From NCBI GenBank assembly GCA_046329575.1, contig JAXLUJ010000013.1, positions 4,338 through 68,337 on the forward strand: 64,000 nucleotides of DNA. The letters run 5' to 3'. Made by a program: the position numbers and the translations under genes. A model generated the notes under the pieces. That model saw only the letters and a program-made list of their open reading frames with translations. It made no database searches and was not told where the DNA came from. Below are positions 1 through 8,425 of this stretch, piece by piece. Positions within the stretch are counted from its first letter, which is position 1, and every line of letters starts with the position of its first letter. This stretch comes from Chitinophagales bacterium (GTDB lineage: Bacteria > Bacteroidota > Bacteroidia > Chitinophagales > LD1).

Positions 1-1774
1 CTTTTACTGCAAAACCATGCGGTACGTCCCAGTCTTGTTCCAAATTCGTAACGTGGAAGTACACCACATCGCCCACTTTTACACCTTCAATGTTATCAGG
101 TGTGAAGTGCGAACGAATGGCAGTAGCATAAACATGCACTTCATTGCCGTTCCGAACCACTTTGGCGTCTTTCTCACTCTTTACAGCATACTTGTGCTTG
201 TTATACTCCAGCTTGAAAAATTTCACTTCATGTTTGGTGATAATCTCGGCAGGACAAGCTTGTGCATAGTGTGGCTCGCCTATGGTTGGAAAATCGAGCA
301 GCAACTGCATTTTTTGACCATCTATAGAATATAATTGCGCTGACTGCGTAAGTTCCGGACCGGTTGGTAAATAGCGATCCTTAGTGATCTTGTTCAGAGC
401 AATCACATACTTACCATAAGGTTTTATGTTGTCGCCCATGGGAACACATAGGTGACCAATTGAATAATAGGTGGGTACGCGGTCTAGCACTTGTTTGGTT
501 TTGATGTCCCACTTCACTACTTCCGAAGAAACAAAAAACGAAGTATAACCATGCCCTTCATTATCAAACTCCGTATGCAGTGGTCCTAATCCCGGCTTCT
601 CTACTTCGCCGTCTAATGCAGCTTCATATTTGATCACCGGAACGCCGTCAAAGTCGCCATCAAATACTTTGCCTTCAATAGCTTTCTGCATTTTGCCAAA
701 AGAATAAACCGGTATCACAGCGGCCAATTTGCCCGATGCGCAAATATATTCTCCGGTTGGATCTACATCACAACCGTGCGGCGATTTCGGACAAGGAATA
801 AAGTAACAAACACCGGGCAGATCCTTAACATCAAGAACGGTCACTTCCTTCTCGATGGTAGATGTCGCAGTTTGAGTAGCTTCGTCATAAACGTTGTGAG
901 CATAACTGGCCGGCCACTTTTGTCCTTTTCCCTGAGCCAGGTATTCTTCCGCTTTTTTCCAGTTTACAGCCATAATAAAGTCTTTATCGCGCTGCGAGGC
1001 ATTTACTTCAAGAAGTGAATGCGCTTTCTCACTGTTATAACAACTAAAGAACACCCATCCATTTGAAGCGCCTTTTCCGGCACGTGCCAAATCATAGTCC
1101 ACTCCCGGTACCAGAAGCTGGAAATTCAAATTCATTCGGCCGCTTTGAGGATCCACTTTTACAAATGAAATGGTGCCCTTAAACTTATCTTTGTAATCGG
1201 CAATGGCCTGATCTCCATCTTTGTCATACGGTACTGAAAACCGCGAAGCACCCACAACGTACTCCGTATTTTGGGTACAAAACGGCGAAGCATGGTTGCC
1301 ACCACAATTCGGGAGCTCAATGATTTCACGGGTCTTGAAAACACCAAGGTCGATTCTCGCAATTCGCGGCGTATTATTGGCATTGATGAACAACCATCTG
1401 CCATCGTCCTGTCCTTCAGTGCGCGAAAGCTGAGGATGGTGACTGTCGTCCCAAGGCGTAAAGCCATGAGAGGTCATCAGCATGGGTTTGGTTTCTTCAC
1501 TGAAACCGTAACCAGTTTCGGCATCCTCACTGAATACCGGAACTTGTTTGAACATGCGGCCACTTGGAATACCATACACGCCGATCTGTCCGCTGAATCC
1601 TCCGGAAGTGAACAAATACACTTCATCTTTTTTACCGGGAGCTACATACACTTTTTTTGCCGCATCGCCTGAAAGACCAGAGTCAGCCTTGGGTGGTTTG
1701 CAACTGCCGAAAATTCCGGCAGCAAAAAAACCGGCGGCCATCCACGCCAGATTTTTTATGGTAACATTTTTCAT
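1..1774 (-). CDS. nosZ: Nitrous-oxide reductase NosZ, clade II (Sec/lipoprotein-type leader); first ~591 codons, 3' end lies beyond window start
   Basis: Not in the ORF track because it runs off the edge. My minus-strand translation from the ATG (complement of 1772-1774) is open to base 1. It reads MKNVTIKNLAWMAAGFFAAGIFGSCKPP...WDDSHHPQ...CPKSPHGCDVDP...GEPHYAQ...VYFHVTNLEQDWDVPHGF (beta-propeller His ligand motifs, then the start of the cupredoxin CuA domain). There is no twin-arginine motif in the leader. Confidence 0.88.
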   Translation of the reverse strand, partial: MKNVTIKNLAWMAAGFFAAGIFGSCKPPKADSGLSGDAAKKVYVAPGKKDEVYLFTSGGFSGQIGVYGIPSGRMFKQVPVFSEDAETGYGFSEETKPMLMTSHGFTPWDDSHHPQLSRTEGQDDGRWLFINANNTPRIARIDLGVFKTREIIELPNCGGNHASPFCTQNTEYVVGASRFSVPYDKDGDQAIADYKDKFKGTISFVKVDPQSGRMNLNFQLLVPGVDYDLARAGKGASNGWVFFSCYNSEKAHSLLEVNASQRDKDFIMAVNWKKAEEYLAQGKGQKWPASYAHNVYDEATQTATSTIEKEVTVLDVKDLPGVCYFIPCPKSPHGCDVDPTGEYICASGKLAAVIPVYSFGKMQKAIEGKVFDGDFDGVPVIKYEAALDGEVEKPGLGPLHTEFDNEGHGYTSFFVSSEVVKWDIKTKQVLDRVPTYYSIGHLCVPMGDNIKPYGKYVIALNKITKDRYLPTGPELTQSAQLYSIDGQKMQLLLDFPTIGEPHYAQACPAEIITKHEVKFFKLEYNKHKYAVKSEKDAKVVRNGNEVHVYATAIRSHFTPDNIEGVKVGDVVYFHVTNLEQDWDVPHGFAVK

Positions 1775-1804
1775 TTTATTGGATTTGATTGATTAAGAAT
1801 CTTC

Positions 1805-2293
1805 TTACTTTTTTACTTCAGCAGTTTCTACCGCATCATTGCTGCGCAAAAATTCCAGGATTTGTTTCGCCTGATCATCACTAACATCCTGAAAAGTCAT
1901 CTGCGTAAGGTGTTCGGCAAGTAAGGCTTTGGCCGTTGGATCCTTTTGGGTCATTTCCACCGGATTCGTGATCATATTAAGTATCCAGGCAGGCGATTGT
2001 TTAAACGTAACGCCCTTCAAGCCGGGCCCCACTATTTTTTGGTCGGTAGTGCGGTGGCAGGCATAGCATTTGGCCTCAAAAACCACCTTGCCTTGCTCGG
2101 CTAGCTTCGTATCCACCGGCCCCAGTGTTATATTTTTGAATTTCCCGATGCCTTGTCCATCGTCCTTGGGCGCATCCTGAATCATGCTGGCAGGTGGATT
2201 GGCGGTATCTACTGTTTTGGTTTCGTTGCTTCCGCAACCTGCTAAAAAGATCAAGCCGGAAAAACTGGCGATCATGAGAATGTTTCGATGCAT
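1805..2293 (-). CDS. c-type cytochrome lipoprotein, immediately upstream of nosZ (clade II nos-associated cytochrome c)
   Basis: 162 aa. Lipoprotein leader (LAGCGS). Single CxxCH haem motif (CYACH). Lies 30 nt upstream of nosZ on the same strand. Confidence 0.85.
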   Translation of the reverse strand: MHRNILMIASFSGLIFLAGCGSNETKTVDTANPPASMIQDAPKDDGQGIGKFKNITLGPVDTKLAEQGKVVFEAKCYACHRTTDQKIVGPGLKGVTFKQSPAWILNMITNPVEMTQKDPTAKALLAEHLTQMTFQDVSDDQAKQILEFLRSNDAVETAEVKK

Positions 2294-2692
2294 AATTTGA
2301 TTTTTTCTGAAGCAAAAATAGGCTACGCGGCAACCGTCGGAAATGAGTGCGGTTAGCCATCCACATGATTGATGTCAATTTAAAGACCTTTTTATCTTTT
2401 ATTTTTAAAACTAATTTACCATTCCCAAACGATAAGGTCATTGAGTTTACCTCATCCTGTTTTTCCACAATATTTATATCAGGTATTTTTTAGTGCGGCT
2501 GCCGCGCTATCCATGGCTCCGCTATCGCTTCGGTGCTACGTTTCACTACGCACTGCTCCCTACGGTCGCACCATTCCTATCGCTGCCGCATCCCTGCTGG
2601 GCGCCATATTTCTATTCGGCAATTCCCTTCAAATTCAGCTTGCCTTTCATCTATGGCACTTACGCAAACAATGAAAAAAATTATTCTTGAAC

Positions 2693-3124
2693 TCAATTCA
2701 GCAGAAATGCCCGTCCGCTTTTGATCTCTTTAGCAAAATCCTGAACGGTCTTGGTTTCCAGCATCTTTTTTAAGCGAACAGAATATGCTTTAAACTGATT
2801 GTGAATTGGGCATGGATGACGTTCATCACACTGCTTTAGACCTAAACCACATCGCTCAAAGGCGCTGCTGCCGTCAATCAACTTGACCAGATCCATCACT
2901 ACAATGGGTGGAGCACCGTCAGCGATATAAAAACCTCCACCCGGACCTTTAGCTGAAGACACCACCTTATGCCTTGCCAGAGTTTGCAATATTTTGGCGG
3001 TAAACGGTTCTGGCGATTCTATGGCCTGTGCGATTTCTGCAATGCTCAAACGCCTGCCATCTTTGGTTTCCATGCAAATATGAATAACCGCTTTCAAAGC
3101 ATATTCACAACTCTTTGAGAACAT
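2693..3124 (-). CDS. Rrf2-family transcriptional regulator (NsrR/IscR-like, Fe-S cysteine cluster)
   Basis: MFSKSCEYALKAV N-terminus typical of Rrf2. Cys cluster CGLGLKQCDERHPCPIH. Start moved to the second ATG of the track ORF (2693..3154) so it no longer overlaps the upstream gene. Confidence 0.85.
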   Translation of the reverse strand: MFSKSCEYALKAVIHICMETKDGRRLSIAEIAQAIESPEPFTAKILQTLARHKVVSSAKGPGGGFYIADGAPPIVVMDLVKLIDGSSAFERCGLGLKQCDERHPCPIHNQFKAYSVRLKKMLETKTVQDFAKEIKSGRAFLLN

Positions 3125-3141
3125 CATAATTAATAACCGGT

Positions 3142-3879
3142 TTAAATGCTCCATTTTTCCTCCAGTGCTTCCACCTTTGGAAATAGTATATTGTTTTCCA
3201 AGTGAATATGCTGAATTAAATCGTCTTGAAACTCTTGTAGTTTGGCATATAGAACCCGATACGTATTACATGCATAATCAGGCGGAGTAAATTGATCGCT
3301 CAGTTCCTGGATACGCTTCATGAGGCTGCCAGCAACTTCATGCTCCTTTCTCATCATTGTAATTGGATTTTTCACAGTACCAAAATGTGGGAATGGAAAT
3401 GCATCCAACTCACCCCTGCTAAATCGTTCCAGATTTTTGATGTAAGGGAATAGCACCAATTCCTCTTTCTTCATATGTATCGTAAGTTCAGTTTCAACTT
3501 CCTGCCATAATGAAAAAATAGTTTGGGTTTCAGGGTGATGTGCGCCATGTACACGAGCTACTTTTTCGGCATATGATGAAATAGCAACCATATTCTCATT
3601 AACATAACAGTGATGCACATTCACGATATGATCAATTAGCGCGGCTAAGGTCCAAAACTGATACTGCTTTTCTTCAACCGTGCTTTCCTCAAGAGCATCT
3701 TGTATCGATCGCGCTAGTTCCGAAAGATCAATTCCTTTTTCCAAACCTACAGTTTCTAACGTTTTTCTGCCGCCACAACAAAAGTCAATTCCATACTTCC
3801 TAAATACTCCGGCCGTCCGGTAATCGTTTGCAACAAGTTCCGCAACCGTGGTATGCTTCAATATTGATGTACTCATCAT
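3142..3879 (-). CDS. ric: Iron-sulfur cluster repair di-iron protein (RIC / YtfE / ScdA family)
   Basis: 245 aa. ScdA-type N-terminus (GIDFCCGG) followed by a hemerythrin-like His/Glu-rich domain. Confidence 0.85.
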   Translation of the reverse strand: MMSTSILKHTTVAELVANDYRTAGVFRKYGIDFCCGGRKTLETVGLEKGIDLSELARSIQDALEESTVEEKQYQFWTLAALIDHIVNVHHCYVNENMVAISSYAEKVARVHGAHHPETQTIFSLWQEVETELTIHMKKEELVLFPYIKNLERFSRGELDAFPFPHFGTVKNPITMMRKEHEVAGSLMKRIQELSDQFTPPDYACNTYRVLYAKLQEFQDDLIQHIHLENNILFPKVEALEEKWSI

Positions 3880-4322
3880 TGATTTAAAAATTTAAAAGTA
3901 GAATCCATTACAGCCATCGTCTTGTTTACCCGAATTAAGGCCTGCTTTGATCGCGCCGTATCTTTTCCGGCAAATACGGGTAACTCCTGTTGAATAATAC
4001 GCAGCTCACTTTCAAGTACGCTTCGGCAATTACCCCTCAAATTTCCATTCTCTAAAATTCTTGCCATCTGGAGTTGCAGCAATTCTCCGAATTCCTGATA
4101 CGCTTCTACATGCTCAAACTTTTTTTTGTTTAACAAAGTAAAGTTCTCCACCGTATTTTGCATGCTCCTCAGTTCCTCCGCTGTTTTTAGATCAATACGG
4201 TATTGCCCGTCCGTTATCCCCGACATAAAATCCCCGTTCTTTTCACGATCTGCCAATTCATTGCTTTCCATACGGCAACCCAATAGGGTTGATAGTCCAA
4301 TGATCCAAAATACTCTTCCCAT
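3876..4322 (-). CDS. Hypothetical helical lipoprotein, first gene of the RIC-Rrf2 operon
   Basis: 148 aa. Leader ending LLGC. 4-nt ATGA overlap with ric. No family recognised. Confidence 0.5.
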   Translation of the reverse strand: MGRVFWIIGLSTLLGCRMESNELADREKNGDFMSGITDGQYRIDLKTAEELRSMQNTVENFTLLNKKKFEHVEAYQEFGELLQLQMARILENGNLRGNCRSVLESELRIIQQELPVFAGKDTARSKQALIRVNKTMAVMDSTFKFLNQ

Positions 4323-4453
4323 AATAAAAGATGCAATTATCCTTTATAACAGCATGATTCTTCATGATGAATAAAAGCGATACACCTGAGAAATATCATT
4401 TTTGTATTTAAGAGTTGAAGATACGTTTGTCTTCTAATCTAAAATATCAAATT

Positions 4454-5008
4454 ATGAAAAAACTATTCATCGCTTTAATTGCTGCCGCAACTATGGCTTC
4501 CTGCAATAATAAAGACGCAGAAACCGCCACTACAACTGAAGATCAAACTGCTCCGGCTGCCGGACAAAGTGCTGTACTGGACAATCAATCGCAGGCCGAT
4601 GTGGTGAAAGTGGCTGTGGGTTCGAAAGACCATACTACCTTGGTGGCAGCATTGAAAGCTGCAGCATATGTTGATGTGCTTTCAAACGCAGGTCCTTTTA
4701 CCGTATTTGCGCCCACAAATGACGCTTTCGCCAAATTGCCTGCAGGAACAGTAGACGGTTTGCTGAAACCCGAAAAGAAAGCGGATCTGCGCAACGTTCT
4801 GGAATATCACGTCACTACCTCAGCCTTGAAAGAGGATTATCTGAAAGATGGCATGACGCTTGGTATGGTCAACGGCAATAATGTGAAAGTTTCGAAAACT
4901 GCTGACGGGAAAATAAAAATCAACAATGCCAATGTTATTGCTGTTGTTCCCGCCAGCAATGGTATGGTGTATGTGATTGATGCAGTACTGCAACCTCCGG
5001 CCAATTAA
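4454..5008 (+). CDS. Fasciclin (FAS1) domain lipoprotein
   Basis: MKKLFIALIAAATMASC leader. TVFAPTNDAFAKLPAGTVDGLL and VIDAVL motifs typical of FAS1. Start moved from TTG 4415 to ATG 4454. Confidence 0.85.
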   Translation: MKKLFIALIAAATMASCNNKDAETATTTEDQTAPAAGQSAVLDNQSQADVVKVAVGSKDHTTLVAALKAAAYVDVLSNAGPFTVFAPTNDAFAKLPAGTVDGLLKPEKKADLRNVLEYHVTTSALKEDYLKDGMTLGMVNGNNVKVSKTADGKIKINNANVIAVVPASNGMVYVIDAVLQPPAN

Positions 5009-5024
5009 GCACTAATTCATTCGT

Positions 5025-5819
5025 TTACTTAGCGGGTCGAAACGGCTTCACCGAAGTGCTGCGGTTACCTTTTTGAATAACGCTAACGTTTACCGAATTG
5101 GTTTCGCCTCCCATATGCAAAGTTAGGCTGGTGTTCGACGACTCGCGAATAATAAGCTGTTCTTTAATATTGTAAAACAAACTGCCCGAGCCTGTTCCGC
5201 TGCCCGTCATGGAAACCGTTTGGTTACCGCCTTCTATGGTAAACAAATCAGACTGCTCCAATCGAGCGATGCCATTTTTAACCGCAATAACTTTATAAAC
5301 CGTGTTCGATTTAACCGTTAAGGAAGCAACATCCATATTTAAGGTGCTTACTTGCAGCATGGTATCGCCAATAGCCAGTTGCTTCTTCTCCAAAGGAAAT
5401 TGCTTTAAAATATCTCCTAATGAATTCAGCAAGGTGCGTTCAAATTGCGCACTCTTACCGGGAGCATTCACATTGTGAAACTCCGGCATGGAATTAATGG
5501 TGGCGGTTCCTAACAATGTGGTATGCTCAGGAACTTCTTGCTTATCTTTTGAGGATGTAAATTTTATGATTTCCAGTACCACCGTAAAGGTACTATCTTC
5601 ATGAGTACTTCCGGTGGTGATAGTGAACTCGCGTTGCCCTTTTTCGTTTTGCTTTTTTGCAATGCCTGATGGCGTTTCGGCCGTCATTTTTTTGTCGGTA
5701 AACAAACGTGTAGTGTATTTGCGATCAGGCAAAAACCGGGGAGCAAACAGGAAGGTGTTTTGCGCCCGGATAAAGCCAAATAATGAAAGCGCTATCAGTA
5801 AGCTGTATGTTTTTCTCAC
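5025..5819 (-). CDS. Hypothetical secreted protein
   Basis: 264 aa with an N-terminal signal peptide (LLIALSLFGFIRAQ). No recognisable family. Confidence 0.55.
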   Translation of the reverse strand: MRKTYSLLIALSLFGFIRAQNTFLFAPRFLPDRKYTTRLFTDKKMTAETPSGIAKKQNEKGQREFTITTGSTHEDSTFTVVLEIIKFTSSKDKQEVPEHTTLLGTATINSMPEFHNVNAPGKSAQFERTLLNSLGDILKQFPLEKKQLAIGDTMLQVSTLNMDVASLTVKSNTVYKVIAVKNGIARLEQSDLFTIEGGNQTVSMTGSGTGSGSLFYNIKEQLIIRESSNTSLTLHMGGETNSVNVSVIQKGNRSTSVKPFRPAK

Positions 5820-5894
5820 AGTGAAATTTTCGTGGTGCTATTTAGAAAAGACAGTTGATGGCCAAGCAACTGTTTCCATTTTAATCATCCCGCC

Positions 5895-5993
5895 CCTTGC
5901 ATCTTGCGTCTTGCGTCTTGCGTCTTGCCTCTTGCCTCTTGCCTCTTGCCTCTTGCATCTTGCGTCTTGCATCTTGCATTTTGCATCTTGCAT
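5895..5993. repeat. Heptanucleotide tandem array, ~14 units of TCTTGCN (N varies in blocks G,G,G,C,C,C,C,A,G,A,A..)
   Basis: Read directly: ccttgca tcttgcg tcttgcg tcttgcg tcttgcc x4 tcttgca tcttgcg tcttgca tcttgca ttttgca tcttgca. Intergenic: downstream of the ompA-family gene and ~76 nt upstream of the 5819 start. Confidence 0.95.
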
Positions 5994-6008
5994 GTTCCCC
6001 CCTCTCCC

Positions 6009-8321
6009 CTACATCTTCACAATCTTGAATTCGGTGCGGCGGTTCAGCGCGCGGCCTTCCGGGTTATCGCTGCCATCCAGATTTTTGTTTGGTGCAATCG
6101 GCTTGCTCATACCATAACCTCTTGGGATCATCCGCTTGGCGGTAATGCCTTTCGAGATCAAATAATCTACACAACTTTTCGCACGTGCCTGCGACAATTT
6201 GAGATTGTAATTTTCTGCTCCCTTGCCGTCGGTATGTGAAGCTAACTCGATTTCAAACGATGGATTTTCCATCAGAATGCCGTACAAGGTATCGAGTACC
6301 AGTTTCGACTCTGGTGTGAGTGTGGCTTTGTCGAATTCATACAAAATGTTCGACAAACGGTATTCTTTATTGATGATCACTTTCTTCAATTTAATATCGG
6401 CGCGCAACGAGTCGAGCTTGTCGATATTTTTGGTAGAAATGCGTGTATTTCCTGCGAAGTAGCCTTCATGACGGGCCATAATCTTGTAATCGTGGCCGGT
6501 TGGTAAACTGATGTAATAGAAACTGTCTTGCGCCACATCTTCACGGAACAAACGTTCCTGACCATCAACAATATCATACACTAACAAATTCGATTTCATG
6601 ATGCCATAAGGTTTGGCGGAATCATCTTCGTAAACTTTTCCGTAAATGATGTATGCATCTTTGGCTACCGTAAAACTTTTGTCAAGCGTATCTTCATCGT
6701 CTAATCCCTTGGTAGTTACAAAATCGGTTTGCGGTAAAAAACCCGGTTTGATTACTTCTACTTCATAATCTTCATCAGGCTGCAGTTTAAAGAAGTAGTT
6801 TCCGTTTTTCGGAGTAGAATCTACGGCAAACAATTCCTTTTCTCCATTCGGAAGTTTGCGGTACAAATTGAAACGCGAGCCCGTCATATCGGCCTGCGGA
6901 TCATCTTTCTTTTTCACATCACCTTCCAATCCAAATTTTAGATTTTCATAGTAGAAAATATCATCTGAGGCAGTGGCAATTCCATTAAGCGGTACTGTGC
7001 CTTCACGATTCGAAACAAAATAACCAAACTCCTGATTGGCACTTTTACTGAAGTATAACTCATCGGCGCCGGTGTTCAGGCGCTTGCCCATATTGGTTAC
7101 TTCGCCCCAGCTTTTGGCCTCGCCATTTTGCTGAATCTTGAAAACATCATAGCCGCCCATGCCCGGATGGCCGTTACTGCTAAAATACAACGTACGGGAA
7201 CTATCGTTATACGATGGCGTTACTTCATCGCCAACTGTATTTACTTTACCCATCAGTTTAGGTTCGGTGTATGTTCCGTCTTTTAATCTTGACGTGTACC
7301 AAATATCCATTCCGCCTTTTCCGCCATTACAGTTGCTGCTGTAATAAAGCACTTCGCGGTTTTTATCAATGCTGTTTACCGCCGGATGGGTGGTGGTAAA
7401 TTTCTCCATGAAGTTGATGCCTTCAGGCAAACGCGTAGGTTCCTGCATTTTGCCATTTTTTACTTCGCTTACAAAAATGTTGCATAGCGAACGGTCGTCG
7501 TCCATCTCCAAACATTTGGTGAAATAGAAACGCGAACCATCTGCATTAAAAACGCCGTTACCGGTGAAGTAACGATCTTCATTTATGGTAACCGGCAAGC
7601 GGGAACCTCTTTCAAATTGATAGCCGCTACCTTCGGCACGGAATAGGTAGGTGTGCTTTTCATTTTTATACTCTTCAAACTTTTGAAGGTTGTTGAAGGG
7701 TAGTGAAGTGTAATAGAGTTTTCCATCTGGCGCCAGGGTGGGCGACTCCTGATTGTAAGGATTGTTGATGTCGCCTTCCAGATGTTTGATTTTTAATTTT
7801 GCCTTTCCTAAAACCATAGCCGAATCACATCCTGCGGCTTCTAGTTTTGCCATTTTAATTAATGCTTCCTGCTCATTTTGATCGGTAGTATAAAACTCGT
7901 TGCGGAACTGGTTAAGCTGGTCCTTCGCCTCGGCATATTTTCCAATGCGGTGCAAGGTCATTCCATAATATAACTTGCCTTGTTTGAAGTATTCTTTTTG
8001 AAGTTTAGGTGCAGGATTCAGCGAGTAGAATTTTTCAAAATATTTTTCGGCGCCTTGATAGTCGCGCGCGAAATACAACGCTCTTGCCATCCAGTAGTTG
8101 GCGTAAAGGTCATCGGGCTTTTTTTGGAGGTATAGTTTATAATTTTCCGCAGCAGAATAGAAAAGTGATTCGCCATAATAACGATTGGCCAGTTTCAGCG
8201 TAGCATTCTTAGTGAGTCCGTTCGGTAATTCTTTGAACAGGCCACCTTCTTTTCCGAAAGCGGTCACCATTAACAACAGCGCTAAACCAAGGGTTGAAAT
8301 TTGCTTCATTTGAGTTCTCAT
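6009..8321 (-). CDS. OmpA-family outer-membrane protein with N-terminal TPR and TolB-like beta-propeller repeats
   Basis: 770 aa with a signal peptide. TPR-like region. Repeated WD40-like/TolB-type segments. C-terminal OmpA_C domain (…LSQARAKSCVDYL…NRRTEFKIV). Confidence 0.85.
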   Translation of the reverse strand: MRTQMKQISTLGLALLLMVTAFGKEGGLFKELPNGLTKNATLKLANRYYGESLFYSAAENYKLYLQKKPDDLYANYWMARALYFARDYQGAEKYFEKFYSLNPAPKLQKEYFKQGKLYYGMTLHRIGKYAEAKDQLNQFRNEFYTTDQNEQEALIKMAKLEAAGCDSAMVLGKAKLKIKHLEGDINNPYNQESPTLAPDGKLYYTSLPFNNLQKFEEYKNEKHTYLFRAEGSGYQFERGSRLPVTINEDRYFTGNGVFNADGSRFYFTKCLEMDDDRSLCNIFVSEVKNGKMQEPTRLPEGINFMEKFTTTHPAVNSIDKNREVLYYSSNCNGGKGGMDIWYTSRLKDGTYTEPKLMGKVNTVGDEVTPSYNDSSRTLYFSSNGHPGMGGYDVFKIQQNGEAKSWGEVTNMGKRLNTGADELYFSKSANQEFGYFVSNREGTVPLNGIATASDDIFYYENLKFGLEGDVKKKDDPQADMTGSRFNLYRKLPNGEKELFAVDSTPKNGNYFFKLQPDEDYEVEVIKPGFLPQTDFVTTKGLDDEDTLDKSFTVAKDAYIIYGKVYEDDSAKPYGIMKSNLLVYDIVDGQERLFREDVAQDSFYYISLPTGHDYKIMARHEGYFAGNTRISTKNIDKLDSLRADIKLKKVIINKEYRLSNILYEFDKATLTPESKLVLDTLYGILMENPSFEIELASHTDGKGAENYNLKLSQARAKSCVDYLISKGITAKRMIPRGYGMSKPIAPNKNLDGSDNPEGRALNRRTEFKIVKM

Positions 8322-8350
8322 TTAAGAGCGGTTTCTGATTTCTTTTCTAT

Positions 8351-8375
8351 AAAAAAAACCCGCACTGGGTGCAGG
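8351..8375 (-). terminator. Rho-independent terminator after porP/sprF-like gene
   Basis: Minus strand reads CCTGCAC-cca-GTGCGGG (7-bp stem with one G.U) followed by eight U. Confidence 0.6.
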
Positions 8376-8425
8376 TTCCGGTTATTCAAACTGTTATTCG
8401 CAGCCAAAATGATCCCGGTTGGGAT

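Noticed and set aside
17-1796. Several 60-133-aa ORFs on both strands at the left end of the window (e.g. 17..334, 1271..1672, 1159..1467)
   Set aside because: All lie inside or antisense to a single uninterrupted minus-strand reading frame that translates into a recognisable NosZ. They appear as separate ORFs only because the real gene runs off the window and was not listed.
2441-2724. Three overlapping plus-strand ORFs (63-77 aa) and a locally GC-rich patch (~2490-2610) with recurring CGCTATC/GCTGCCGC strings, between the cytochrome c and Rrf2 genes
   Set aside because: There is no convincing coding pattern, signal or stable hairpin. The ORFs overlap in all three frames, which is typical of a GC-rich non-coding patch. 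It could be a decayed repeat or an ncRNA, but I cannot support a call.
5614-6239. ORFs 5614..6117 and 5904..6239, and 9610..9819, with LASCVLRLASC-type repeats
   Set aside because: They are translations of the 7-bp and 9-bp tandem arrays. They are periodic nonsense peptides with no start context or coding signal, and they overlap real genes.
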